From Podarcis filfolensis (lineage: Eukaryota): 64,000 bases of DNA. Shown piece after piece: positions 40,951-54,588 of the stretch. Position numbers and translations under genes: made by a program. The DNA lies in assembly GCA_964270895.1 (NCBI GenBank), contig OZ185441.1. The stretch is one strand, 5' to 3'. Below the pieces are notes generated by a model. It saw nothing but the letters and a program-made list of their open reading frames with translations. It was not told the DNA's origin and ran no database searches. Within the stretch, counting starts at the first letter, position 1. Each line of letters starts with the position of its first letter.

Positions 40951-43918
40951 TATAGTATATGCTTACCTGGAAATGTCCCATTAAATTCAGTGGGAATTAC
41001 TTCAGAGTAAACATGTACTGTGTAGCTTCTGTGGACTCATGGAAATACTTCCACCATTCTTTCTATCATGGGGCAAAACTAATGTCCACTCAGAAATTCA
41101 GGGATTGGCAGCCTGGAAGAGGCCATTCTCTGCAGCAACCCCACAGTTGTGAAATTCCTTTTCCACAAGAAGTGGATCTGGTGCTATCATTGCATAGCTT
41201 TCATTATATGCTGAAGATACACCTCCTTTGAATATCTGAAATTATTATTCTTAGGACTTATCCTATTGTTTTGATATAAATGATGTCAACTGATTTTAAT
41301 ATTGTGTTTTTATATTGTTGTAATATGTCCTAGGACATTATGGTATAAGGTGAGCAAGAAATCCTAATCATCATCATTCCATTTGAAAGAAGCAAGCTTT
41401 TTCAGTTGAGATTATATTTCCATAAGAAAGACTGAAAGAATCTACATTGGAAAAATAATGTTTAGAAGCATGGTCTTTTGAGTGTTCTACTTCTGCTAGA
41501 CATATTTTAGGTGTCTTGTCAGAATATAAAAAGAGGAAAACCTAAATTAAAACAAAAAGATGTTCTGGCAATCAAAGTATTGGATAGAACTATCTTCTTG
41601 TTGAAATACACATGAGTACAAAAGCTACACAGCACAAATACATATGATAATGCAAAAGGGAAGGAAGATGTCTGGAGTTGAAGTACAAATAAATGAAAAA
41701 AGATGCAAATGTTATAGCATTCAGCTAAGGAGCCTCTCATGTTACAATGTCAGCACAAATTTAGACATATTTTAAAACACAGTGCCAAAACAGTGCTGTG
41801 CAAATTTATGCAATGTGTTCCAGGTAGCACCCTGCTTAGGAAACAGTCTTCTGTAGTCCTGACTGAATCACTTTAATTCAGCCATCAAATTTTAGTATAG
41901 CACTGAAGAAGGAGAAAAAAGGAAATGAGCAGACAGTTTGATATATAGGTATATTTGTTTCCTGTGATAAATCAAGCAAGTTTTTTGCCCGGGACTTTCC
42001 AGTAGTCCTAGCTAAATGAAAAATACAAAATACTGCACTTGATATTCAACCTGTGCTAGATTGAGATAACGGGGGGAAATGGCAAGAGGCTTGATTGATT
42101 ATAGTAGAATGAAAATTCTACTTTTAGAAAAGCCTTAAGGGCAAGAGTAGAATATTACCTTTGAGGAATCCATTGCAGAGAGAACAAATTACATGAATTT
42201 GGAGATCACTGAATATAATGCATGCACTACAATGAGGGCCTCCAACATGATGTGACTCATAAATAGATTTCATTAATGCATTCAGAAACAATCCAGAGTT
42301 AACCTTACAACGACTAACTGCCGAATGTCCTCAGTCACAAGCCATGACATATGCTTCACACCTCACAACGTCAAATAATGTTTCTCAGCAAAATCTCTTA
42401 TTTTAGAGATATGGAAAGAACCAGAAACCTGTCTGCTTCCAACATTACATTATGATACACAGCTTATAATAATCTTCTCCAAAACCAGTAAGCTCCCAGA
42501 AAGATGGGAAGTAGCATATCCTTCTTGCAACCTAAATTCAGCCCAGTTAATAGTTCCTCCTCAAGCTCCCCAAAGGATGTTTGTTTTCCTTGTTTTTGCT
42601 TCCCTCTATTAGGATCCTGTGTCCCAATTTTAAGGATCTGTTACAGCCTTTTTCTTCTGCCTCACTGGGACCTGCTCACCTTCATCTCTCTCTGCCTCCC
42701 CCTCCCTTGTTTTTTATTCTCTCCTGGATTCCAATTGTTGCTCACATGTGGAAGAGGCCTCCACACCATCACCAACTTTTACCATGGTGCCACTGGCTGG
42801 AGGACACAGAGGGAAAGTCCTTCTCTCTCCTCCACTGGCCAAAGCAGGCGCTGCCTCTTGCACCCAGAAGACTCCTTGGAGCTCCAGGTCCCCTCCCCAA
42901 CAACAGGTCATTCGGAAGGGGAGTGTAAATTATGGGAAATTTAAGGTAATCTTGACTATACACAAACTATGTCTTACCCACTGAACCTATTCCCTGTATA
43001 AGATGTGTTCCACTGTCTCTCGAGACAGACGGATGCTAACAATATCACAGTTCTAATACTGTCAGAGAGAAAGGAGAACAATGCAGCACGTGGCTTTCTG
43101 TGCAGCACAGTGGTGAATTCATCCAATACACAGCTCTTTTCCTCACTGTCCCCAACTCAGTTACCCTCCTCACACTAACATACTGAGTACAGAGTCTGGA
43201 CATCATTCTCCTAACAAAAACCCTCTGGACCAAACTAAGTGTTTATTGAATTGCATAGTGTGCAGCAATGTTTCTTGTTTTCCCTATAATAATTATAAGG
43301 AGCAATGCCTTCCCAGTAAGAAGTAGGTTCCCATGTGCATGCAATTATTTAAAGAAGAACAATATACCGTACTTTTCTGTGTGTAAGATGAGGGTTTCTC
43401 CCCAGTTTTTTAAATTTAAAAATGTGGGTCCTCTTATACATAGATTATAGGAATTAAAGATATAAATAAATATGGTACTTGCCGCCATACATGCTCTGGC
43501 AGTTGCAGCTCCTCGCAGGGGCAAGCCACGGGGCCTCTGCAGTCTGCTTGCCTCCTCCCACTCAGCCTGCCCTACAGCTGGGAGGGAGGCTGAAGGTGGT
43601 CCGTTTGTGCCGCGCAGAGTCCAGACGGTGGCTCTGCACAATTGGCGCCGCCGCTCCAGTTGGCTGCGGCAATCGAAGAAATGTAACCCCTCCGCGCCTT
43701 TCCCTCAGGGCCTCCTGCTTTGCCTCCTCCCACTGAGCCCACCCTATAGCTGATGGGCGGTCTGTTTGTGCCACATGGAGTCTGCAGCCAGCTATGCACG
43801 AGCATCACTGCTACTCCACTTGGCCGCATCAACAGAAGTAATATCAAAACTGAGAACATGGATCTTGACCAATTTGCTGCAACAGAACCATGCAAACATT
43901 TACAAACTCAGTTTACAG

Positions 43919-44027
43919 TAGGAGTTGGGAACCTTTGGCTCTCCAGATGTTGCTGAAGTATGACTTCTATCAACCCTAGCAAGCATGGCCAATGGCCAGA
44001 GATGGTGAGAATTGTGATTCAGCAACA
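43919..44027. mobile_element. Palindromic hAT-like MITE, interrupted on the right by a SINE
   Basis: gggaacctttggctctccagatgttgctgaa...gcaagcatggccaatgg...ttcagcaaca. Confidence 0.6.
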
Positions 44028-44028
44028 C

Positions 44029-44160
44029 AGACTCATAGAATTGTAGAGTTGGAAGGGACCTTGAGGGTCATCTGGTCCAACCCCTTGCAATGCAGGAAAT
44101 GTTTGCCCAACCTGAGCTAGAACTCGCAACCTTGAGATTAAGAGTCTCATGCTCTACGAA
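44029..44160 (-). mobile_element. tRNA-Lys(CTT)-headed SINE with CR1-derived tail, 5' clipped
   Basis: Minus-strand anticodon arm TGAGA-CTCTTAA-TCTCA, followed by the shared CR1 tail. Confidence 0.8.
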
Positions 44161-44734
44161 CCTAGAGGACTTTAGTTTGTATACACAAAAGAAATAATTG
44201 CCTTGCACATCTTACTGCAGTACCTACTGATATAAACCTTTCTCTTTGGGGGCAATTATTACCATCTTGTATCCAGCAGTCTAAATGTAGCATCTGGGAA
44301 AACTAGACTCAGGAAGGAGTTTCATATTGTATCTTTATAACTTTTGAAATTATTCATGTTAGAATTTTCTTATCCAATGCATGAAGTGTTGTCCAATTTC
44401 TAACAAGATGCATTTTATATGCATACAGAACACTTTCTGGAAGACAGAATAAACTCAGTCACTGAAACAATATACAGAATTGCAGCTTAGAACAAAACTG
44501 CAAAGCATGAAATGACAACCTGCTATCAGTCGCTGAGAGCCTGAAATTCAGCACTGGCAGCTAAAACAACTGAACTCTTCCACCACCATTTCAGCAAATT
44601 GATGATACCATCTGCATGGCAGTTAGAATACAAGCCATGCCAATCTACTTACTAAAAGCCAAGCCTATGTTTAAACTTATGAGATGCTGTTTCACTTTAT
44701 TCCGTTCTTTTAAAGAGACACTGCATTCGGATTG

Positions 44735-44810
44735 TATGTAAGCTGCTATGGGAGCCTTTTTTTGCTGAAGAGCTGGGTACAAATGCTCTAAATAAATAAG
44801 ATAATAATAA
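44735..44810 (+). mobile_element. LINE 3' tail remnant (L2-like)
   Basis: tgtaagctgctatgggagcc...tacaaatgctctaaataaataa. Confidence 0.45.
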
Positions 44811-45053
44811 TGGTTTCCCAGTGTGAGGACAATTCAAAATAACACAAACTATTTACAGGGAAAGAAAATACACACAGATCACTTGAGATATATTACCAAG
44901 GTATTTCTGCTTTTTATTTTCCTTTTTCCTTCATTTCCTCATTTTTAACTTAGCTGGCTAGCCAAGAACAATGTCAGATCTATCAATGGAGACATTTAAA
45001 TCTGCTTGCAAGATCAATGCGTAACTGTTAACCTCATTAATGGAATATTAATA

Positions 45054-45238
45054 GAATGGTAATGCCCATCAACTTTATTGGGGTGACCAAAGGAACCTCG
45101 GTCCCCAGGAACTGGCTCCTATGCTGGGAGGAAGAGGGGCGAGGTGGTGGCGAAGTTGCGTGGTGCAAACCTGCTATAAGAAGCCACACAACCTCACCCC
45201 TTCAGCCACTCCAATGACGTTGATGGGCATTACCATTC
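45054..45238. mobile_element. Unassigned element with long terminal inverted repeats (MITE-like)
   Basis: Perfect 20-bp IR GAATGGTAATGCCCATCAAC / GTTGATGGGCATTACCATTC, extending to 29/32. Confidence 0.6.
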
Positions 45239-45743
45239 AAATGGTATGTGTGCACCACATCTTGTGATTGATTATGCAGGCTGGGGCTTACCTCCCCCCA
45301 AAAAAATCTTATTCAAGTTGGCACCCCTGCCTCCCAATATATAGCACTGACTCAACTGGAAGGAGGTCAGAGGACTGGTGCAGCCCACCATGCCGTCCAC
45401 TAGTACCACTGATATAGCTAGATTCTCCTCTCTCCTCCTAGTGCTCAGTGCATTGGCAATGCACCAATCTCAGCCCTTCCCATCCCAGTATGCAGCAGCG
45501 TAAGGTGTAGAATGAACCTACATACATGTAAATATAATGTGTGCTATTCAACTCAACGTTATTAGTACAGACCTATTGAAATAATGAATATGACCAAGTT
45601 ATGTCCATAAATTTCAACAGGTTTACTTTGAATAAAACTGAGTTGAATGCTACTCTGTGGGGAGGAGGATAAGTTGAGGAGGGAGGGGGGCTATTCTTCC
45701 TGCTTTCTAATGCAGCTTTGATGCTTGCTTTGAGCCAGACTAA

Positions 45744-46087
45744 GGGACGTGGGTGGCGCTGTGGGTTAAACCACAGAGCCTAGGACTTGCCAATCAGAAG
45801 GTCGGTGGTTCGAATCCCAGACGGTGTGCACTCCCGTTGCTTGGTCCCTGCTCCTGCCCACCTAGCAGTTCGAAAGCATGTCAAAGTGCAAGTAGATAAA
45901 TAGATACCACTCCGGCGGGAAGGTAAATGGCGTTTCCGTGCACTGCTCTGGTTCACCAGAAGCGGCTTAGTCATGCTGGCCACATGTACCCCAGCTCCCT
46001 CGGCCAATAAAGCGAGATGAGTGCTGCAACCCCAGAGTCGGTCACGACTGGACCTAATAGTCAGGGTTCCCTTTACCTTTACCATTA
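45744..46087 (+). mobile_element. Near full-length Sauria SINE with 11-bp TSD
   Basis: GGGACGTGGGTGGCGCTGTGGG...CCCTTTACCTTTACC; TGAGCCAGACT at 45731-45741 and 46088-46098. Confidence 0.93.
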
Positions 46088-47695
46088 TGAGCCAGACTCA
46101 CATCTTGTGTGAAGAACTTATTGAAACACCACATCCAACATGCAATAACAGCCTTCATCCAATATCAGCACACAAATGCTAAGTATTTTATATCTACTTA
46201 TATTCCGTTAAATGAAAGAGGATTTAATTATTCATACATTCACATGAAAACCCAGCAGGAAATGTCTTACGGTGGTGCAAGGCAATACCTGCATACAACA
46301 ATTCATCACACAGTTGTCATAAACATATGCCATATGGGCAACAAAACAAGACAACATGGAAAATACAAGTAAGCTGCAGCCTGAAAAAAAGCATATGCAT
46401 CAACTGAGTGTGGGACTGAAAAAGCAAAGGGCAGCAGCAGAAATAAAACGTAATTTATCTAAAGTACATAGCTGATCTAAAATTAGCTGTGTTTGAAGAC
46501 TGGCTATTGGAAATAAAATGGTTGGTTTGCCAACAGTGGATTTTTTTTTTCCTTAGAAAGCACGGTGTCTAATATATATGCATAGGTGTTTTGATAAGCC
46601 AACACTTAGTCATTTCATTAACAAAAATTTGCTTTTCCGAGGAAAGTAGAAAAAAAAAATTGAACATGCAACCATCATGCACTTTACAAGAGGGGTGGGG
46701 AAGCTTTTTTGCTCCACTGGCCAGATCCTTATGAGGATCTGCCTCATGGGCCAAATGTGACAGGTGGCTCTCTTCCTTTTAGAAGCATGCTGCTTCCTGC
46801 AAGGTGCTCAGAAGACCCAACTTCAGGACTCCATATTCCAGCAAAACTATGCACATTTGGGTATGCAAAAGAGTTCTCAGCAGCAAGCTCTCTCTCGCAC
46901 ACATGCACACCCCCAATAAGTTGATCTCCCTTCGCACCACTAAACTCTCTCCCCCGCCTCTCTTTCTCACCACTGCTCTCTGAAACATGTACAGCCAAAG
47001 CAAGCATCCCAATTTTCCCCCGAGCAAGGGGGAGGAGGTCAGGGAGAAGACTAAAGTTCTCGCTTCCCCTCGCCTCGTACTTGGGAGCGGCTGACTGCTT
47101 TGGCTGCGTACCTGTGTTCCCAAGAGGGAACAGGCATTGGCAGATAAACTGAGCCCTTTGCAAACTGCTCCACATCAGTTAGTTAAGTGTTTTTATTTAT
47201 TTCCTTGATTTAGGGAGGCAGCTGCCCTCTGCCCCTCTGGCTATGACCATGGGCTAACGGGGCTGTTTCAAAGAACTGTGCTAGGAGGGAAAAGCAGTTT
47301 ACATTGACTGGAATCCACTTCTCCCTCCTTGAGCAAGGTTTGCTTCTGCTACCAATCAGCTGATGTACAGGGGGGCACTGTGCCTTGCTCCAGTGAAGAA
47401 AACATCAAGAGCCCTCCCCAAACCCCTAAGCACTTCTGGAACAACTAGGCACCCCTGGGGGAATTGCATCTCCCAAGGATGCAATTCTCATAAACCTCCA
47501 CAATGACTCTATTTGGCCATTATTATTCATGCCTCATACAGATATATAACAAGACACCCACTTGAGGGCAGAAGCAGCCATTCCATTCTCGAGCAAACAC
47601 AATCCATACGGTCTACTCCAGCAATGTAACATTATTGTTTAGGTAGCTGGAAAAGGGAATGGAACTCTCCCCAGCATTTGTACAACTGTCTAAGC

Positions 47696-47871
47696 CAGTG
47701 GTTCCCAATTACCTACATACTCAGTTTTTCAAAAGCAAAGCCATGGATTCCCTACTTCTGAAAATTCTGATATTTCTATGGTAGTTTTTGTTATGTGAAT
47801 GGTGCCACAGACCCCTTGTGTGGGTTTCATGGAACCCCTGGGGTCTGCAGACCACCAAGAGGGAACTACTG
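47696..47871. mobile_element. hAT (Charlie-like) MITE
   Basis: TIRs cagtggttccc / gggaactactg; 8-bp flanks gtctaagc / ctctaagt (6/8 match). Confidence 0.7.
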
Positions 47872-48234
47872 CTCTAAGTCAAAATTTGGCTTAGTGTACA
47901 AGCTTCTGGAGAGGAGCTCGCAGTGGCTTTGCTCTTCCCTGGTTCTCTTCTGTTGCACCATGAAGAGATACAGAAAGGTTTATCATCTGAACCCAGGCTC
48001 ATGGTTACGCTCTCTGCAGACTAGCCACAAATGGTGACCAAAAACATACCTTGGTTACAGCTCCATGGCTAGTCTGGAGAGCGATCCGAGGTTTGGACAA
48101 CATTTGAAGTCAAGCCTTGGCTTAGTTCAGCACAGCAGCTAGAATGACTGGCGGAAGCCCAAGGTGGCTGTAAGCTCCTCTCCAGGAGACCCCACGTTTG
48201 CACTGAGCCAAGGTTTGACTTAGTGCGGTGTGTG

Positions 48235-48322
48235 AATAATAATAATAATAATAGTAATAATACTTTATTTATATGCTGTCCATCTAACTGGGTTGCCCCA
48301 GCCACTCTGGGCGGCTTTCAAC
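48235..48322 (-). mobile_element. LINE 3' tail (L2-like) ending in (ATT)n
   Basis: Minus strand aagccgcccagagtggctggggcaacccag...ataaataaag(tat)n. Confidence 0.65.
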
Positions 48323-51300
48323 AAATTAAACACATTAGGCACAGTAACTCTCCTGGAAGCAGCTGTTTGCACAAGTTGCAAATATTCCACACTATTTCTG
48401 AAAAGTTATAGTAACAATAATATTGTATTGCAACAAATTCAAGGCATTCTGTTTGTGTGTTTTGATAAAAGCTGTAAACAGTAGTTGTATATTGAGTTTA
48501 ATATTTGCTATTGCTGTCTCTGCCACGTCCCAATTTCATGAAAATGGGACACTTAGTGTCCAGAGAAGTTTTTTTTTTTACTACTTAGCATAGACAATTA
48601 CAGTCATTACACTAGATTACAGAAAAATATTTTCTTTAAAGTACCTGATTTCTTGATTTAATACTGGGGGGGGGGGGATACTCAAAATGTATTTATCATT
48701 GACAATGCAAAGTACTGGGAACAGCAAACAATGTGGGAAATACAAATGACTCAAAAGCAATCCAACCTGCTGCAGGGCCGAGCTGAGGCAGGTAACTACC
48801 TAGGGTAGCAAAACATCTGGAGCAGCAAGCTGTTTAATGCTTGCTTTTTGCCTTTTAACTAAGAGCAAATCATTCATCTCAGGATGCTAAGAGCGGTAAC
48901 ATTTCCAGGTGTATTCCTCTTTGGAGTAGCTAGACAAACTGGAAGAGGAGAATTTTGGATTGCCTACTTAGTGTATCTCCATTCCAACAGTTTTATTTTT
49001 CATTTACCACAGATACAATATTAACACCTATAATGGGAAGTACTGGGAAACTCCCTCACTTCTACCTGATTTTTTATGCATTCACAGATTTTATTCCTCC
49101 AAAGGAACAGCATTTGAGCCTATCCATATGAAACAATGTTAGATTTAAGAACACACACACCCTGAATATTTATAAGGCAACTTCAAAGTAAGTTTGAAAA
49201 ATATGAAGAGTAATGTTTTAAAATTGGAATGCCCTTAAGTGGAACTACATTAAATACCAATTCCAAAGTAACAACACTAAAGATTGATTTTGTCATTATT
49301 ATCAAGTTATTATTGTAAATGCAATTCATGTTTGAATCACAGTTATTCTCCAAGTGAAACATCACAGTGCAGCTGACTGACTCCAGCTATAAAGGCTGCT
49401 CAAGATGCCTAGAAGCAATCAGGGTGGGCTTTAGTTTAGCGGTTGCTGGGGAAAACATTTAGTTTTTAAGATATGCATTATTTTTCCTGCTATTTGGATT
49501 GTGTTCTCGTAGGATATGCCTTATTATGAATTAGTTAATTGTTTGATCTTATTGTATATTTATTAAGATAAGATATTTTGATTAGCCTATTAACATCTGT
49601 ATGACTACTGAGATTTGCTATGCCTTGTAATTGGTGCCTTATACTTGAATGTTATGTTTTATTACGCACATTTTTCTAATGCTTTGAGCTGCTTTGAGCA
49701 TGGTTTACCATGGAAAAGTGGCCTACAAATAAGCAATGGTGATTATGATGATGCTAAGGCAAACAATTCGGTACTGGCCTGGAGAGTTTATTTCATCTTT
49801 GCTTCTCACAAATATCTGAAACACAGCTATTCTTATGAAATTAACACATATAAAGAGGCAAAACACAAATCACTGTTATCTTTGAAGGCTGAAAAGGTGT
49901 CTAATAAATGTGTGCATTTAAAAGGGAAGGAGGAAAAATACCGAAGCTTTCAAAATGAAAATGTTGCCTTAATCTCAAACAGAAACAGTACATCAGAAGT
50001 CATAAACTGTTAAAGCCTATTACACTCATGCAACAACATCTCTGTGAAGAAGACTAAATTGTGTCTGTGTCAACGAAGGAAAATGAAAACTAATGATAGT
50101 CTCAAGGTCTTCATAACTGCGGGGACTTGATGCATAACACATTCGGTAAGCCACCAGAAACAGAGGACACACATGAAACAAGTGATTTATTGTGCAATTG
50201 AACAGCTAATGTAGGGCAGCCACATTATTAGTGTGAAATTATGCAAAGGCTGATGGAAATGCTTGTTCTAAACAGAATCAACTAACTGTAGCCTGTTAGT
50301 ACATGCAATAGAAGCAGGCTGCAATACACTAAAAGCAAACTTTTCTCCTGAACCTGTCAAAAAGTTATAAACCTCAAGAACTATGTATTTGCTAGATCAG
50401 ACTACTCGACCCAAATATGTGTCGTTTTATTTCCCCTCAGTCTCTTCTTGACTGTGAAAAAAATGGATTAAAAGACTTATTTGCATCAGGTTTTTATAGA
50501 TGTGGCTATAGGAAATAAATGCTTTAGGAGACAAATTCTTGATCCACAGCACCATGTGCATTCTAGCGCACACACACAGGATTTTGGTACCCATTTTCCT
50601 TACCCTGGGGTAAGGGAACCGCAACAAATGGGAAGTCCATGTAGAGCTCCTACACCTGGGATGGAGCTGCTATATTGTGATGAATCTATCTGCCACAGGG
50701 ATTCTCAAATAAGCATGCAGATGTTGGACAAGCTTTAACTGTGTATTGCTGGACCAATGTAAATCAATGAGGTTAGTACAAGTGTATTGGTGTGGTGGAA
50801 GCATATGATGGAATTACTATGTGCTGGAACTATTTGTAGAAGGGATGAAAATATCTCCCCTAAACATTTTTTTCCCCAAAAATCCTCTTGCTCATATGAA
50901 GTCTGAGCACACAACACAGTTCCTGAAATGTCATTTACCAGAGTTTCTGTTATCAGTATCACTGCCATAGTTGCTGTTAGCTGTCTAGAGTCTAACTGGC
51001 AGAAGCCTTAGGAGCCCTTACAAAAGGGGGGCGGGGATGAAGTCAACCCTTATAAAATGCAAAAAGTAGTCAGAGATATGCATGGTCATGCTCACACCCA
51101 CAAATATGATGGATTATCTTATCCAGTGTTGAGAGCCCTAAAGCTTCATTAGCACATTCTAATAAAAAAAGCTTTTCAAAGGCACACATTCCTTTCATCC
51201 ACATGCGAAACTGAAAGTCAGCAGGAGCCCTGATACTTCAAGAAAGAAGAATGACATTTTCACATAGTGATGATCAGTACCATGGCACAGCTAAATTAAA

Positions 51301-51789
51301 TGACCATAAACAGATTTCAGAGTAATATTTCACTACGCATTGTTAGTACATGTGAAACACCATATTTTTCAGACTGCGGGCATTGGCAATGCTGACCACA
51401 GAATTTCAGAATATTGTTTCTATCTGAATGTTTCGACATCAGTTGGTTGTATTTGTTCTGCCTCCCTTAAAATTGTCCACAGTATCTATTTTAATATGCA
51501 TTTGTTCCTTGGATCTTCCAGCTGGGAAACAGGATTTCTTTTAAAAGCTACTTAGCGACAATGCACTTTTTTTTTTAACGGAATCTTATTACTTGAGCTA
51601 TACATTGTTCCTGCAATCCCCCAGAAGCTCCAATCATCAGTTTCAGAAGATGCCATTCAAAAGGACCCACAACACATGATTTTACATTTAAAAGAAAATT
51701 TAATGAATACTATCCAATAAGCAACTGAGAACATCATACCAGGCAGGGGCAAGTAGTCATAGTCATCAAATGAGACGCCCTGTACTGTC

Positions 51790-51851
51790 TGTGAACCGCC
51801 TTCAGATATACAGATATAGGGCGGTATACAAATTTAATGAATAAAATAAAA
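51790..51851 (+). mobile_element. LINE 3' tail remnant (L2-like)
   Basis: tgtgaaccgcc...gggcggtatacaaatttaatgaataaaataaaa, similar to the end of 7310-7665. Confidence 0.55.
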
Positions 51852-52189
51852 TACTCCTAAGACACAGATATTCAGCTAGTGGTTGGGACCCACAAGTGCA
51901 CGACATTTTCACCTAAGGTGGGTAGCAGAAATGGCAGTGCCACTATTCCTTTTTTTAACTAAGAAAGAAAGCAAGTGACAATCTAAGTCAGCAGAAGTAA
52001 AGAAACAAGGGTTCTGAACTTTTCAGATGTATGTATTGGGAGGACTTTTAGCAGATGCAGATTTTCTCACCTCTGCACAACAAGCTGCATTTACCTAAAT
52101 TCCCTCATCTGTGCAGTTGTTAAAAGGAACAGGAACCCCATTTTCTCATTACATCTGGCCACCCTAGCAAGAACAGGAAGATGACCATA

Positions 52190-52425
52190 CAGAGGTACCT
52201 TGGTTTACAAACTTAATCCGTTCTGGAAGTCCGTTCTTAAACCAAGGTGTGCTTTCTCATAGCAGCAGAGGACTCAATTTACAAATGGAACACACTCAAC
52301 ACGAAGCGGAACATGTTCTGCTTCCAAGGCAAAGTTCACAAACCAAAACACCTACTTCCGTGTTTGCAGCGTTCTTAATCCAAGTTGTTCATAAACTAAG
52401 CTGTTCTTAAACCAAGGTACCACTG
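52190..52425. mobile_element. Tc1/mariner (Tigger-like) MITE
   Basis: TA-cagaggtaccttggttta...taaaccaaggtaccactg-TA. Confidence 0.85.
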
Positions 52426-52802
52426 TATATGCTTAGTTAGAATCATGCTCCATGGTTATATTTATAGTTAAGGGAAGTTCCAGTGTTTAAGAAAGGAATG
52501 TACTGCTGATTACATTTAGAGTGGGTTTTTATCTGCATTGACGTCAACTTACTTGCTTTTATGGTCATCTGCTCTTTCCCACACTTTATATCTTCTGCAT
52601 TTCTTTTTCCTACAATGTCCCATGCCATGGATACATCAGAGGAAGTGAGCTGATCTTAAGATGTCAATGTAAGTTTATATTAAGCACACCCTTATTCCCT
52701 CATTGTCAAAACAACAATTGCAAAACAGAGCAGCTTTGACATTAGCCACTTGCAGGTTAGTCACAGTATATTTTGACCACTATTTCCCCAGACCAACATT
52801 TC

Positions 52803-52955
52803 CATAAGGACATAAGAAGTGCTTTGCTGAATCAGGCCTGTGGCCCATTTGGTCCAGCCAGATGCCTACATGAAGCCTGCAAGCAAGACTTGAGCACAGG
52901 AGCACCTAGAGTTTCCAACAAATAGTATGTAGAGGTATGCTGCCTCCAACCACGA
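52803..52955 (-). mobile_element. CR1 LINE 3' end fragment (second CR1 tail type)
   Basis: cataaggacataagaag...atcaggcc...ggcccat...tccagc...cagatgcct. Confidence 0.65.
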
Positions 52956-54497
52956 CCAAATCATTTGGATGAGCCAGTGTGTAAAATGTTTTGCGCATTT
53001 TTAAAAACATTATATGCAAGGCAGGAAAAAAACATAACACAGAATGAAGATTAAAAAGCAGGCAAAGGAGGACAATAGAATGCTATCAACTTCACCTACA
53101 GCTGACAAACATTAAAGCAGTGTCTAGAAGAGCAAACAACACATATTTGGTTTTATTCTAAAGTAAAAGAGTGTAACTTGACCCCTCTTCAGTTGAGGAT
53201 ATTTTTATTTTTTTGAGCAATATAGGATGGAAGAAATATCTCAAAAATCTTAGAAGATCTAGCATCAAATTTCCAAGCACCTAGCCACACATGAGCCCTT
53301 ATAAATCATAAGAGTCCAACTGAGTTTAATGCACATTCCACTAGGTCAAATCCTACAAGGTTTGGCTCCTACGTATGTGAAAGATGATCTCTTCTCTTCC
53401 CATTCCTTATCACAATCTTATGAGGAAACATTTTCTTATCCATTTGCACCGCTCTTGCTATCATGGAATTCCTTCCCCTTGAAGACTTGACAGATCCTAA
53501 GTGCTTTAAGGACTTTTATCTGCTTACATTGCAGGTGTGTATGACTCAAGTTATTCAGAGGGCCAGAGTAACTTTTAAGAACTGAAATAGTTTTAACTTA
53601 ATGGTTTATTTATAACTCATGATCTGCTAACCTTGTTTTCTCAGTATTCCATAGAGCAAAGGTGAACAGACTTTGAGATGGCAGAACCAACATAGTTTTT
53701 ACTTCAACAGTAGGATCTTGAACAGTAAGATCCATCAACGGGAATCAGGTGCAAAATAGAGGTTTGTGTGTGGTCAGTTTTTGTTGCCACAATCGTCACA
53801 ACAATTAGGAGCAAAAAAAAAAACGTTCTACCAGAAGCTCTCAATCTACCTTCTGTCCACCCTTGCCATGATGCACATTCTCCTCGGTCTCTGCCCGTTA
53901 CAAGTGTACTGAAGTTGAACACCACTCTCCATAAAGCCTCTTTCCCTTCCCATCCACAGCATACCTTATTTCCGTATCTAATACTATGTGCCTTTAGGAA
54001 GAATGTTTTTCTGTCCTGTCACTGGCTTGCATCCCCATCTCTCAAATGCCTTTCCCCCCTCTGTGTAGCTCCTTTCTTCTCAGTAGAGTTCCATAAACTT
54101 CTTTTTTTCTCTCTGATTAGCTTTGACACTCTCCTGTCCTTGCACAACTGGAAGTCTCTCTACATCCCATTTGCAAACCTTCCATTCTTCTCTGCTTCCC
54201 ACCCCTGCAGATCTCTTCATTTATTCCTCTCATGTTTAGTTCCTCTCCCTTTTAAAAACTCAAGGTGGCTAACAACCCACCCCCAAAATTACAAACACTG
54301 TATTTCTAAAAAACAACAACCAAAAAGCAATTAGAGATTTCGTTAGGTTGCCTTATCTGTTTTAAAGTACTTTTACAGCAAAATCTTATACATCTTGACT
54401 CAAAAGCAGTTCCCTCTGAGACCCCTTTGAGTTTAATGGGGCTCATTTCCTGGTGAGTACACTCCAAGGGAGGAGCTGCCCATCTAGATAAATAAAG

Positions 54498-54588
54498 TCA
54501 CAATCCTATCCAGATTTACTCTGGAGTAAGTCCCATTGAACTCAGTAGGGTTTACTTCTAAGGCAACGTACACAGGATTGCACTGAAG
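54498..54588. repeat. Short palindromic interspersed repeat (MITE-like)
   Basis: caatcct...gagtaagtcccattgaactcagtagggtttactt...aggattg. Confidence 0.55.

Noticed and set aside
53768-54334. 188-aa ORF
   Set aside because: Arises from a pyrimidine-rich tract (L/S/P/F-rich) that is stop-poor by composition
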